From positions 20,150,001 to 20,214,000 of the forward strand of contig NC_047067.1 in assembly GCF_902459465.1 (NCBI RefSeq): a stretch of DNA of 64,000 nt, given 5' to 3'. Numbering within the stretch: position 1 is the stretch's first letter; the number at the start of each line of letters is the position of its first letter. The notes below the pieces were generated by a model. It worked only from the letters and a program-made list of their open reading frames with translations, was not told the DNA's origin and did no database searches. This DNA is from Asterias rubens. Lineage: Eukaryota. This document shows positions 27,256 through 40,788 of the stretch, in pieces. The translations under genes and the position numbers were made by a program.

Positions 27256-27484
27256 TATACAGAATAGTACAGCGTACGACAGAATAGTACAATGTACGAC
27301 AGAATAGTACAGCGTACGACAGAATAGTACAATGTACGACAGAATAGTACGACAGAATAGTACAATATACGACAGAATAATACTATGTACGACAGAATAG
27401 TACAATATACGACAGAATAGTACACTATACGACAGAAAAGTACAGTGTACAACAGAATAGTACAATGCCGACAGAATAGTACAT
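27256..27484. repeat. Minisatellite, ~20-bp unit (GACAGAATAGTACAATGTAC variants), about 11 copies
   Basis: Directly visible tandem array. Confidence 0.95.
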
Positions 27485-28177
27485 CATTTAGTATAGAGTT
27501 TTCGACAGGTAGAGATTATAGGCAGAGGGTATAGGCAGGGCAAACATCCACTAAGAAAATGTCAGGAGGTGCAGACAAATGAAAACAATATGAAAAATAT
27601 AAAATTTAGTATAAAACACCAAATTGAACTATAAGCTTACAACTTCTATAATTATATTTCTTCAAATCCAGTTTTATTACTATCTCTTTAAAGAATCACA
27701 GCCGAGCAATCCATGGGACGAAAGCGACGTCAAGTTGGGATGTTTTTTTTTATGTTTCTCCTCTCCTGACTCCGAAAACCTACGGTGTCATTCGTGTCGA
27801 TCCGAGCAAGTCTAGCGACTCGGAGGCACCGGTAACATTTCTCCCGAGAGTCGACCGTACACCCTCGCCGGTAAGACGGGCTAATGAACCTTACGATTAG
27901 ACATCTAGGCGCGAGAGGCCCTTCTATCATAACGTTGGAATTTATAACTCTTATAACAAAAATGCAATAGACTTAAGGACTTCTTTTTACCTCCTTGAAA
28001 TTGTCGTGATGTGATAATTTGTCCGGGAGAAAACAACATTAACTATTGAGCGTTTCCACTTAAAGGGAGATTTGATGTGAATCCATGTGACATTTAGTGA
28101 GGTTTTGTTGTGTGGAAGTTGTAAAGTCACACATAGGGAGAGCGGAATTAACAGGCAAAGAATTGGTCATCAACCCG

Positions 28178-28410
28178 TGTGAACCTTGTTTTAAAAACGC
28201 AGAGGTCGTAACGTGAACTGTTCTTTGATGTATGCATGAACCTATTATATCCATGGAGGTAGAATTAGACATGAGGATAAGGGTATGAATCCGGTGGACT
28301 GGATGCAATGTATTGAACCCTTTTTTCAAAACGCAGGGGTCGTAAAGTGAACTGTTCTTTGATGTTTGCACGAACCGTACCATGAAGGTAGAATTAGATT
28401 TGAGGCTATC
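28178..28410. repeat. Diverged tandem duplication, ~135-bp period
   Basis: aaaacgcagaggtcgtaacgtgaactgttctttgatg...ggtagaattaga occurs twice. Confidence 0.8.
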
Positions 28411-28434
28411 TGGTCTTACGGTTTTACAATGGCT

Positions 28435-28690
28435 GCGATTTTAATCCGTTAATGTGGTTTCACAATCCGTTATTACGGTTTCACAATCCGTTATTAGTGT
28501 TTCACAAGTCCCGTTATTACGGTTTCACATTCATTTGTTGCGGTTTTCAATCCGTTATTACGGTTTCACAAACCGTTATTACGGTTTTACAATCCGTTTA
28601 TTACAAACCCGTATTGTGGTTTCCTATTCCATTGGTGCGGTTTCAATCCGTTATTGCGGTTTCACAACCCTATGTTGCGTAATCGTATTG
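28435..28690. repeat. Minisatellite, ~21-bp unit (TTCACAATCCGTTATTACGGT variants)
   Basis: Directly visible degenerate tandem array. Confidence 0.9.
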
Positions 28691-29321
28691 ACGGTACACT
28701 TAAACTGTACAAATTTCGTGAAGAAAAAAAAAGTTTTGAAAAGTAGTTTGAAAAGTTTAATCTTATCTCTTATCAATTTTGAATCCACCGTTTTGAATGA
28801 CTCGCACAATTTAACTTCTACATGTCTTGAAGATATCTCGTGACATCACAATAATTGACGTTTCCGATTTTCGTGCAGAGAAAAAAAAATTGGGCAAGAT
28901 GCGAGTTGATTTACATATCTTCATGAAAAACCTCTTATTATGACAGCGCCATCGTGCGGTGAGATCATATCCTTGATTTACTACTCTTATCTTTTTTCCT
29001 GACATAGAACAGCCGACTGTGGTGACATACTCCGGAAGCAATTCCATTTTCAGTGAAATGATCTCATTGAAGTTGTCAATAATTATACGGACATAAAACA
29101 GCAGTTGTTTTTTATTGAAACCACCTGGCTATAATTGAGACTGTCTTCTTAGGTAAAGTCTTCAACATAAACATTTAGGCTTACCTACAACTTACAAACA
29201 TTGGAGTGCTCACCTACAAGTGTTATCATAGGATGAAGTTCAGACTATACTTTCCTCCAGTACTTTCAGTTAGGTTTCTCTCAATATTTTATTTAAAAAA
29301 AATGCTTTTGTAAGACATCAA

Positions 29322-29585
29322 TACAAAATGGCTGATAGTAACTTCTGAGTTTTAAATGAATTGAATATTTCGTGCAGTCTTGTTCGTCTATACGATAAAA
29401 GACTCAGTGGTTCACACAGTCAGTAGTAAAGCTAGTGAAACTGGCAATATTTTACTTTTTGTAAAACGTAAATAAAAAATGGCCGACACTAACTTTTGAG
29501 TTTTAGCTGAATTTACTATTTCGTGCAGTACTACGACAAAAGACTCATTTACACATTGGTATGATAGTGAAACTGGCCGTAGGCT
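29322..29585. repeat. Diverged tandem duplication, ~150-bp period
   Basis: aaaatggc(t/c)ga...aactt(c/t)tgagtttta...tttcgtgcagt...aaaagactca...tagtgaaactggc occurs twice. Confidence 0.75.
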
Positions 29586-29767
29586 ATAGGCCTACTCGTG
29601 TTTGGGGGGAAACCCCTTTGTCGCTTCCTTCTGGGAAACGGTGGTTTGGCCCGGATGACCCCCCCCCCCGGTCACAGGTGCGACCATTTATGGTCATCCC
29701 GATGACAGTCAATTAAAACTCTCTCTCTGATTGTTAATGACTCTGAGATCGTCATCATAGTTTTTTG

Positions 29768-29917
29768 TTTCTGAGCCTTGACTTAGGCTCCGTCTAGTCT
29801 CCGCCTCCGGGCTCTATTTTTGATCATTGGAAAGACCGCGTGGATAGCAGACTGCTCCAAAAACTTGACGTCGGTGACCAAACTGTAGCCCGGAGCCCAA
29901 GTCGAGGTTTGGAAAAA
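29768..29917. mobile_element. Hairpin MITE, possibly related to family C
   Basis: tttctgagccttgacttaggctccg / cggagcccaagtcgaggtttggaaaa. Confidence 0.55.
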
Positions 29918-30710
29918 GTGGCCGGATAATGTGGTTATAGTTATGGTTATGGTTATTATAATGGGATGGTGATTGTATGATCGCAGTGGTTATATATGGT
30001 GGTGGTTTTGTTGTTGTATGATGACCCTGGTTATGATAATAGTTTTTTTTTAATAGGAAGTTATGTTATAAAATAAAGAATAGAGTAAACTCACGCGGTT
30101 ATAGTAATGAATTGATTCTTGCAGTAACTGAATGGCCCCCAATGGAACAGTTTTGTTTTGGAATACCCTTGTTGGATATAGTCTCTTGTTGTGGTCTTTG
30201 TTGACAAACAATGACGTTTCATAACAAACAAAATCATAAACACACAAAAAAATCCAAACGCAATGGTTGACAAAGATATTTGGAAACGAGGAAGTATCGT
30301 AAAGCCAACCTCAGAAGAAAATAGGTGAGTCACAAATTCGTTAAAAACTATCAATTGTCAATAATGCATTATGCATCCCTTCTTTCTATTGGGATATGGT
30401 GTGTCTGTCTTCAACCATACGCATAAAAAGTAACAAATTCGTTCCCAAAATATAAATTTTCACATTTGGGTTGCCAATATTATGCCTGCCTTCTTTCTAT
30501 TGGAATATTGGTTGTCTCCATTGGCAAATAATACACCTTAAAAGGAATGGAAGTACATAAAAGAGTCAGGTAGGCTGACTGTACGGGCGTCTTTGCCGCT
30601 GAGAGCTCGCCCTATTGAGCAGTTCAATTACGGGGGTCGTTCGACGGCCACCGACCGATGAATCAGATCATCGGGAAAGGCATCTTCGTGACTGTCAAGA
30701 TATATTACCT

Positions 30711-31030
30711 TTAAAGGGTCTGTCAGGTTATGATTCTGAAATTTAATGACAAAAAAAAAAACTTATTTGTTAAGAAGTACAGCAGTTGTGGGTAGTATAA
30801 TGCAAATTGAGAAATATTTCACTTCGAGTAATGTGGTTATGTCAAAAGACGTCACATCAAGCTTCTCAGATAGTGTTTTCCAATTGTTTTTGAGCAAAGG
30901 TTACTTCGAATTTGGTTTATTTCCCACCCACAAATCTTTGAATCTAAAAAACCTTTTGCAGTGTATCCATATACTACAAACAGTTTCAAAATGGCTGACA
31001 AATAATAAGCCAAGAACTAATTTATCTACT
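30711..31030. mobile_element. Partial TTAA-AGGG-type element (possible second Kolobok-like family)
   Basis: Begins TTAA-AGGGTC; no matching right TIR was identified. Confidence 0.25.
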
Positions 31031-34000
31031 AAGTAGCCTATAACATAAAAAATGGAACTATGCTTTCGACGAAGCCGTTAGCACATGAAATCAACGAGCT
31101 TGAACTCAAAGAGCAAGACTTCTTCAGCAAAAGAGTACGTTGACAGAGAAAGTTTGGTGTCTTTTTCTGTACGAGGGGTCATCCCTAAACCCTTATTAGG
31201 CCACCGAGTTGGAGCTTCTTGACCCATCTGCGAATGGCCAATTACTAGGCAGGATTTCCCGCCGAAATTGAATCTAACCGCCCTAACGTTGATTTTCACG
31301 TTCAAGGTCGCACTCGTCAAACCCTGCTTTCATTCAACACTCTATTTCTCCCTCATTCAGTGTTTCTATCGCGTTGCAATGACTCAACCCATCTAATAAT
31401 TATACACTTACGGCCGTATCAAAAAATTACACCATCTGGAGCTATTTACCGTGAAATTAACCATAACTTTAAAGGGAGTGGAATCGCTATGGTTGTTGGG
31501 GGATGTGAGAGGTATCGGGAGCAGTTATAATGTGCTCAAGGTGTGTGGGTTGGACTAAAGGAAGGTGAGGGCTGGGAGAGAGGAAGGACTTTAGAAATAT
31601 AGATGTCAAGGCGGGAAAACTCATACAACCCAGACCCTACCAAAATGCATGGTTGCGTCTTGAGATGTTTTAATAATATTGTTTATTACATCCCTGAAAA
31701 TGTGCAATATAATATGTCTCATTTATGAGTAGGATTTGAAACTTTGCATGAATTGGTATAAATTATAAGTGAGGTATGCGGGAGCACCATGTTTAATCAC
31801 TTTTGAATGATGTTGGTTCGGATAGCAGCATTAGCAAACTGAGTCCAGCATCTGAAGACAACCAGAGCTGACTGATCGAAACATTGCAACCATAGGTTCT
31901 GAACCAATACTCCTCAAAAGACATTTACACATGGTCTCCTATAGTTGTTTGTGGTGATTGGTGATGATCATGTTCTGTGTGACGTGACTTTCCAATATGA
32001 AGATTTCAACTGCAACAGCGATGCCAAAACCTTTACGTTTCAATGAGTGCATGGCAAATTAAAAACTATTGGGGGCGCTTCAGTTTATACAGTTGCCTCA
32101 ATGTCACTTGTCTCCATTTAGACGAGCGATCATTTATACACGTCACTATATCTGAGTGTAGCGATTCTAATTGGCTGAGACATATCAAAATGCATAGGGG
32201 GTATGAAGTAAAGCGCCCCCAGGTGTTCATAAGTTCTCAACTGTGGATCCGACAAAATGGGTAATGACACTTCTGTGTCCTGCACCCTGACTTATACGTC
32301 ACTTTTTACTTGGCACCGAGTGAGAGGAACCAATTGCTAAAATTTTTTTGCAATACGTCACTAGTTTCTGGTTTTGCTATGACCTAGAAGCATCAAATCG
32401 AAAATTGAAATTCCGAAATAAGAACATGATGTCTTTTCCAAGGTGTTAATATGACTGTTAACTCGACCGGATGCCGTGGTTCTTTAAGCACGTGAATATT
32501 TTAATAGGCTAATCTATGTATACGATGTTCTCATACTTCAAAACAGTATTTTCCTCATGTACAGAAGTTTCCCTCTCAAATCATTTAAATAGTTTCTGAT
32601 ATTCACAGAACACATAAGACACACCAAGACTGGGAAACTCCATGCCATCGAGACCCTACATACAAGTCAAGACGTGTGGTTTCAGCTGATGGTGGCGCTT
32701 TGTTACTATTATAGACTGGTCCCAGACATTGGTTATGTACGTCAGATTTAACTGCGAATCTCAAGGAACATGAAAACCATAAATGAATGCAAGGTCAAAA
32801 TTGATTATGGACATGGGCTCAAGGCTGATCTCTGATTTCATAATTCACGAGCCTCGAAGTGTCACGTCTATCAGATATGTGCTCCTGCTGCAGTTGTTTA
32901 ATATGCACACTAAACCATTTCTCAATAAGTGTGCAAGAACAGTTTTACCGTCAGGCAGAAGTATTTTAGAAAACTAGATCTTAAGAAGCCGGGCCCTTGC
33001 AGTAAGTTCCATACCCGGAACATTGGAATCGAATGACTGGACCAGAATGATAAGCTGTCACCATTACATCAGTCAGCAGATGACACAGAAGATCCCTCGA
33101 TCAACACAACTTTGATAGACGGATTAATACGTTTTACAACCCATTTCCTCTCTTATGATTTGTCTAATTCGTTTTGCACTTTTTCCCAGAGAGATGTGTC
33201 TCTAAAGCGTATACCCTTAGTTTTCCCGCTTTTTTTTACTAGCACGGCGGGAAATTGATGATGTAAACTTGCACCTGGATCGGCTGCCAATCTTCATTAA
33301 AACATTGTCTCTTGATCCCTAGGGTAAATCTCGGTCGAGTTGGGCTTCGTGAAAGGTCATCTTGGGGGAGAAAAAGAAGCTAAGGCTGCCACAGTCAAGG
33401 CTTCGTCACTTACATCAATCTTGGAACTCTCACACCTTCTTGGCAGGCATGATGCCAACCAAAAACGTGACTCCATATTATCTGAGATAGCGCCCTACTT
33501 TATCTACCGATCGCATGTATATCAGCAATTGCGATAGCCTATAATTCGATTATTTTTTCAGGGTTTGGTCGAGTTAGTTATGTAAACTAGTTGAACCCAA
33601 ATTTGTTTTTACGATACGACTGAAATATGATATGGACAAAAAAAAACCTCAGTGGTGAAGTCGATCACAATAAGGCAAAATGATCATTGCTGAGTTAAGT
33701 TGTGAACGGTCCATTCACCAATGTTTTCGATGGATCTTATTGCTGAACCGGTCAAGATAAAAGATACCAGCACTACGCCAATCCAATCGACCATTTGCAT
33801 GACGGGTGCATGACGTGTTCAATACGAACAATACCGGGTATTATGCGCACGTTACCAATAAGGTAACTCAAAACAATTGAACAAGGACAAACATTTTAAA
33901 GATAGGTTTCCGAAATGTTTGAGGGGAAGAGACATAACTTTTATGTTCATACTTTAGAAGGGTTATTGTGATGCGGTCTGGTATCATACTTCCTGTGAAT

Positions 34001-34974
34001 GCAAATGCGATACGAATTCCAACGTAACAATAAGCAACGAATAATTTGGAAGAGTCAATGATTGGATTTGTCTCATCTTTAAATATATATTTCGTAGTGA
34101 AACAATTATACGACTCATCATTAGGCAAGCTGCTTCACCAGCGTAACCTTGACCGCAAGATACCCTTCCAACAAGACGCGGCCTGCCTCCCAGCCGCTCC
34201 CTGCCCTCGCACAACCCACGAGAGAGCGACAGCGGGCGGGTGAGTCGTCAAAGCAGAGACGGGTTGTTATCTTCAAGAGTTACCGGTCAAAATTGCCTTC
34301 CAATCCCCACCACTGACTGCTGGAGTATGTGACTCAATAGGTCATTGGTTCAGAGCTGATCATACGCTGGTCAAATTTACTGTAGATCTTGAGATTTAAT
34401 CTTGGCACTTAAAACAACGCCCATGGGCGTTTTATGATTAAATTTCCAAAGACTAGAAATTTACATAAATAATTGTAACAATGTCACAGTGTTCACATAA
34501 ATTCAAATAACTCCTGGAATGACCGCTTCTGTGTAACCAATTATAGAGAAAGGACTTCAAACATCACTTGAGAAAGAACTAATTTGTCCAAGGTATAACT
34601 GTTTTTTTGTGTTATGTTGTCATTGGCCTCAGAAAAAGACTCTGCTAGAGTCGAAACGTCAGATCTTTATCCACCCCCCCCCCTGAAATTAACATCCGAG
34701 AACGCTACAAGGCACACATGCGTAAAGGAGATGTCGACAAAAAACAAATTATTCCAGGGTCTTTCTGGCAGGCAAGACACTACACTGGTCAACATAGGAA
34801 ACTTCACGGTTGTGCCATAAATTCGGCGAGATGTCAACCATCGGTTCTTTTTTAGAAACAGCACTCAAAAGAGATTTACACATGGTGTTATAGCAAACCT
34901 CAGCTAACTAATTACAATTTACACATGTCTATTTATTATATGCAGTTTAAAAGTTTGGGTAAATTAGGGTGAAT

Positions 34975-35045
34975 TGCTCAAGGGCACAAGTACCACGACC
35001 GGGACTCGAACCGAATGTGTGCTGATCAGAAACACGAGCAGAGCC
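34975..35045 (-). mobile_element. SINE family 1 head fragment
   Basis: gctcaagggcacaagt...gggactcgaacc...gctgatcagaaacac. Confidence 0.6.
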
Positions 35046-35150
35046 TGTATAATAAAGGCATTCATGTAAACGATAATCTGGTCATTCGGTTGTACAAACC
35101 ATACTAAAAGTAAATTTTATGTTTTGCTTCCATGGAACATTGGCTCTCAC

Positions 35151-35532
35151 TTAAAGAGCCTGGACACTATTGGTAATTGTCTAAAGACCAGTCCTCTCAC
35201 TTGGTGTATACATCTCAACAATAACACACCTGTGAAAAATTGAGCTCAATCGGTCGTCAAAGTTGCAAAATAATAATGAAAGAAAACATACCCTTGTCAC
35301 ACGAAGTTGTGTGCTTTCAAATACTTGATTTCGAGACCTCAAATTCTAAATCTGAGGTCTCGGAATCAAATTCGTGGGAAAATTGCTTCTTTCTCCAAAA
35401 CTACATTACTTTAGAGGGAGCCGTTTCTCACAATGTTTTATACTATCAACCTCTCCCCATTACTCGTCACCAAATAAGGTTTTATGCTAATAATTATTTT
35501 GAGTAATTACCAATAGTGTCCACTGCCTTTAA
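35151..35532. mobile_element. Family A MITE, full length
   Basis: TTAA...TGGACACTATTGG / CCAATAGTGTCCACTGCC-TTTAA, with internal palindrome gatttcgagacctca...tgaggtctcggaatc. Confidence 0.85.
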
Positions 35533-37279
35533 ATGTTTGTTCATTATGCTGAAGGTTTTCTTTAAAAGTCACAGTAACTAGATCATTCCATGCTTATAAT
35601 TGTGGAGTCATTCGGCATTAACCTATATTTGACGGCGGATCGAGAGAATAGCAGGTGAGACCAGGGCCGGCAATCCTTATCCATCTCAAATCCTCTTTAC
35701 CATCCCAACTTCCTCCCTTTTCACAGCTGTTCTCATATTTGGGAGATCCAGTCAACACCAAGTGACACTCAACAACGAAATTGCTGTTAGTTCTCTTTCA
35801 CCAGTCTCATCTTCAAAAATAAACCAAGGCGGAAATCGTCTATTATTTTGCCAAGATTTTTTTTGTTTTGGTACGGCACAATGCAGTTCATCGCTCTTGT
35901 GGCAAACGAACTGATGGAGCCCAGTTCATTGAACCTGGTTTGATATACCGAGTTTGAACAACTGATGACTGCATGGTGACGTCATCGCTACCTGAAAACG
36001 AGCATTTCCTGAATTAGGTGTTTGTTCTCATCCTTCGACTTTAGAGTCTGAGAGAAAAATGATGAGACTGATGCATTTGGCTTGCACTTTGGACTAATGA
36101 AGCATCCATAGCGAGATTGCAAAACGTAACTTTATATTGGTTGAGTAAACAATTTATAGGCAGAGAAAAAAAAACAAAAGAGCATGATTCATCGAATTGT
36201 GCCCAAAACTAGTGAAATTTAATCCATGCTTCAAACTATAAGAACAGCTCACCTAACTCGACCATAGCATCGTGTCTCAAATTACTGTAAAAGGGCTCAG
36301 AAAGACGGGAGCCAGCGAGACGTGAACTGCTCATAATGACGCGAGAGAAAGAGCGAGGATCGCAAATATGACAAATTTTTGGCGGGTGTCCCGGCGAAGA
36401 AAATGACTCACTTCGCAATTATCGTCTGCTCGCTGAAAATGGCGACTTTGGTTCCAAAATGTTCACGGGGCTGTGATTGGCTATCGTTGTTATTAGGCTA
36501 CAATTACGGCCAGTGCGTGAGTATACTCCTTTATGCAAATAGGATTTCAGGACTGCGTGGTGGAGAGCGTTTCCCGCCTTTTGGTCCTTCTCTCTTCGTC
36601 GATTTTGCTTGGGGCATTATTTAGCAAGTTGGAGACTCAGAGAAGGAAAATGTTGTCTTACCTTGGGGGCTAAGGATTGGCTGTTTTATCAGTTGATGTA
36701 CTTTCGTGTAGCTGAACGATTTACCGGTGGTGATTGGGGGAGACTTAATGCACTTACGAATATACGTTTATGGCTTCGAAAGTAATGAGAAATCACGGCG
36801 GTATGGCATGTCATAAATGGATTTAGACTTGAAGGATTATCCCTTTACATATATGCTTGCACCGGTAACTTTATGCTAGTGTGTTTGACATCCAAATGTG
36901 GACAAAATAGAGATCTGTCTTATAGTTTCAGTAGTACATTTTTCAAAAACTGATAAAACTTAATGTCATTTAGAAATCGTCTTCAACTGATTGAGACCAA
37001 CTGAATGACAAAGAAACATAAGATAAATGTATTTCATATCCTGACTCTAATAAGTCCCCTGAGTTTTTTGTCAAGACTTATTTGCTTATCTTTGTACAGA
37101 TCAAGTTAATTCCTTAATTTCCGCCATGACAATTAACGCGCGAAAACGAGTGAGTCACTTTTCACTGTAGTCCTAAGGCTGTCGTCTGTTCGGATCATCA
37201 CTCTAAGGTTCGGGCGGGAAAACAAGGAGAGCCTGACGCGAGAAACTGATCGACACAACGGTCACAAGGAACCAGTAAC

Positions 37280-37661
37280 TTAAAGGCACGGTGGACATTA
37301 TTGGTTATTACTCAGTAATTTGTTAGCATAACAAACTTACTTGGTAACGAGTAGTGGAGAGCTGATGATAGTATAAAACATTGTGAGAAACGGCTCCCTC
37401 TTAAGTAACGTATAATTTTAGAAAGACGTCATTTCTCACTCAAATAATAAAATACTTCAGCTGAAGCCTTTTATAATGCATCTGATCTGAAAGCACACAA
37501 AGTAATGCAACAAGGGTGTTTTTTCTTTCATTATTTTCTTGCAACTTCGATGACCAATTGAGCCGAAATGTTCACAGGTGTTTATTGTATGTATGTTGGG
37601 ATACACCAAGTGAGAATACTGGCCTTTGGCAATTATTACCAAACGTATCCAGTGCCTTTAA
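37280..37661. mobile_element. Family A MITE, full length, opposite orientation
   Basis: TTAA-AGGCAC...CAGTGCC-TTTAA and shared body. Confidence 0.85.
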
Positions 37662-40390
37662 AACAAACTTTTTCTTGTTGCAAAGTCAGTTTGTCATCTC
37701 GACTTGGGGGTCTAAGATTCTGTCAACCTCGTCCCCAGGGAGATGACTAGGATAACATTTTGGCAAATGCACTTTTTGCCCGCGAGGTTCTCGCCTTCAG
37801 TTGTGATCTTTTATTCTCCTCTGTGAATGGGTGATCCGCGGCCAGCCGCGGGTCACATAGCCAATCAGTGATGTCGTTAATCCGATCCATCAAATTCGAC
37901 CAATGGTGAAACACTCCGTGCATGACCACACAAAGCATCGTATGCTCTCCAAATTATTAATACATCACAGTATAATATGATGGATGGAGTGGAAAAGTGC
38001 ATGTTTTATGACTCATACATGGCACACACAAAAACGTTTGGGCCATCCATGATTTGGGATTATTTGTCAAACAAAATAAGGATCAGGAAAAGTGGAGAAG
38101 AGGAAATTAAATGGCACCGCGAGTTTAAAATTCCTCATGTTACCGGGAAACCCCGGCAAATAGAATTAACTCGAGGTGGAAAATAACATGCATTGAGGGA
38201 ATACTGGAATATGTATATATTTCTGGTAACGAAACCTCAATAATTTTTTGAGGTGTCTTTATAAGCTCTCCTGCAAAAGAAAACTCAAGCAATAACTATG
38301 AGATTAGATGGGAGGAATTCCCAAATGTAATCAGCCAAGGGTCTGAAAGCCAAGTCTATATGTAATATAAAAAAACCCCACCAGATTCACTTCTTCGAAA
38401 ACTCTTAAGTTGTCGATTCTTCATTTTACTAATGAGACAAGCTCGTCCTCTCCAAATGCAATGACCGGTGTCCCATAGAATTCCATCAGTCGAAGATTCT
38501 GTCCACCATAATGGGAAATAAAGATGGGCCGGAGGAGGACAATTCAAAAGAGGGCGCGATCAGAAGCAGTTTGTACATAGTTTGGCGTATGGGGGAGGGG
38601 GGGGGGGCACCAGAATCTCCGGGGGGGGGGGACACACAACAGAATCTCCTGCCACATCGGCCTCCTTCCCGTGTCTCTACACTAAGCAATGCACTAGTAA
38701 GTTAGTTGGAAGTTCTAGCAACAACACAACCTGTTCCAACATAATCAAAGTTTTGCCTGCCACAATACATATCGGAACATAACATGGACGTTCATAATAG
38801 TGTCTTTTATTGTATCTTTCTGTATAGCTCTTTCCATAAAGCATGCTGACGAAAACCAATATAATATGACACCACCTTTAAGAATCGACGCTGTTTTTAT
38901 AAAATGTTGTACTGACTCTCCTTAGGTGAGGATACAGGTGCAAAAACGTCGCTAAAGGAAGGGCAGACTGTCCCTCCAAACACCTTTTCTCCCTAATAAC
39001 TCAAAATGACGCACCTTCGTGTGACAGTCGTCGTACTTTTGACACCCCCCCTCCCTAAAGCAACCCTAGATTTACTCCATCTGTCTAGTTTCTAACCAGA
39101 TTTGTCTTGCTTACTTTTCTTTCTTTGTAAAGGGCCATGTCAGACGAGCCAATCTACAGGTAACCAGTTCCAGGCAGAAAGAAGAGAGTTTGGTCACAAT
39201 ATTGAATGTTATTTTGACATGGACTCCGTCCCAGAAAATGGACATGAAAACTGTGTGCATGTTGTTCCGGGAGAACTTGGTATATGGAGCAGACTTGGTT
39301 GTCCCTGCCAGACAATATAAAGTTTAATGTATATTAAAATAAAATCCAAACGATCCAAATATGAAAGAACAATGGTAAAGCTTCGGCTATTGCTGAGACT
39401 GTCCTTGTATCAATTTGATAAAACCACATTTCTTTTGCAGCATTCTGATAATATAGAGAGGCGAGACTTTTTCATTATTATTTCAGCTTTTCATTCTCAC
39501 GTTTCTTCTCATGGTGTCAATTATTTTCATTCCTTTTTCGATCCACCACCACCACCACACCACCACCAAAAAAAAATAGTCTATTTTGATGACACAACAT
39601 TTCTTTTTGCATTTTTTCTGATAACATAAAGAGGCGATACTTCATTATTAGCCTAGCTTTTTATCCAACGTTTCTCAATGTGTCAATCTGTTCCTCAACC
39701 TTCCACCACCACCATCAAAAAGATAGTCTTCGATGATTCATCACCGAAGGCGAGCGTAACAAAAGAGAACCGCTCGCCCGTGTTTGCGCAGCGATTTCCC
39801 CCTTGCCAGACGAGAGTGCGAAGGAGGGGTCCGGGTAATGGACACTCTCGTCAAACACTCAAGCCAGCTGCGCTCCGTCGAATCGTATTGACTCTTCTGA
39901 TTGAACAACCATCGTGCTGAAAAATGTTATTCGAGCAAATTCTATTTTGTATGGTAAACTGTTTGGGCTATTATATAGCTGGGTGGTGCATACAGTGATT
40001 GCAAACTCCTGGGTCTGGATCGATAGCAAGCAATCCACTCGATGGGTGTTTTTTTTTCTCAGCCGTTCACACTGAGGTGTTTTGTTAGTTGGTTGTGGAG
40101 ATGGATTTTTCCATCTCAACGCCATCGTAAGTGCTGAGTCATTGTTCGTTCACCTGTGTCAAGATCGTCATCTTCATCAAAACTCAAAGTAATAATCTCA
40201 TGATAACAATCATAATATTCTCAGCCATTATCGAAATTATTCAATATTGTTGTTATCTCACTATCTACACATATCGCACTTTGCTTAACCCTTGTCAACG
40301 TAGCCTAATTCAAATGATCACAAAGCTAAAAAATCACTAAAGTTCAGCCTTCGAGAAATACTATGCTGGGGTTCGAAACATCGGGCCGTT

Positions 40391-40788
40391 TTAAAGACAT
40401 GAACACTTTTGGTAATTGCAAAGACCAGTCTTCTCAATTGGTGTATCTCAACATATTTTATGCATAAAATACCAAACCTGTGAAAATTAGAACTCAACCG
40501 GTCGTCAAAGTTGTGAGATAACAGTGAAAGAAAAAACACCCCTGTCACATGAAGTAGTTTGCTTTCATAATGCTTGATTTCGAGAGCTCAAATTCTAAAT
40601 TATGTGGCATCGAAATCAAATTCGTGTAAGATTACTTCTTTCTCGAAAACTATATTACTTCAGAGGGAGCCGTTTCGCACGATGTTTTATACTATCAACA
40701 GCTTATATACCATTACTCATTACCAATAAGAACGGTTATATGCTAATAATTATTTTGAGTAATAAACAATAGTGTACAGTATCTTTAA
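40391..40788. mobile_element. Family A MITE, full length (followed by a fragment at ~40805-40900)
   Basis: TTAA-AGACATGAACAC...GTGTACAGTATC-TTTAA and shared body. Confidence 0.8.

Noticed and set aside
27256-27484. CRISPR-like periodic array and the ORFs 27201-27452 and 27241-27465
   Set aside because: Contiguous ~20-bp units with no unique spacers, no cas genes and a eukaryotic context. The ORFs are translations of the minisatellite.
28452-28843. ORFs of 76 and 129 aa
   Set aside because: Translations of the 21-bp minisatellite.
31061-31135. Plus-strand MLSTKPLAHEINELELKEQDFFSKR followed by a possible donor
   Set aside because: Short, with no downstream exon or homology found.
33290-33470. 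Minus-strand mini gene model (MESRFW.../DDLSRSPTRPRF...)
   Set aside because: It needs a 53-nt intron or unsupported partners, and the peptides are unrecognised.
36655-36800. U1 snRNA-like start (TCTTACCTTGGGGG) downstream of an octamer
   Set aside because: No U1 stem-loops or Sm site follow. It is better explained as a reverse-strand splice donor.
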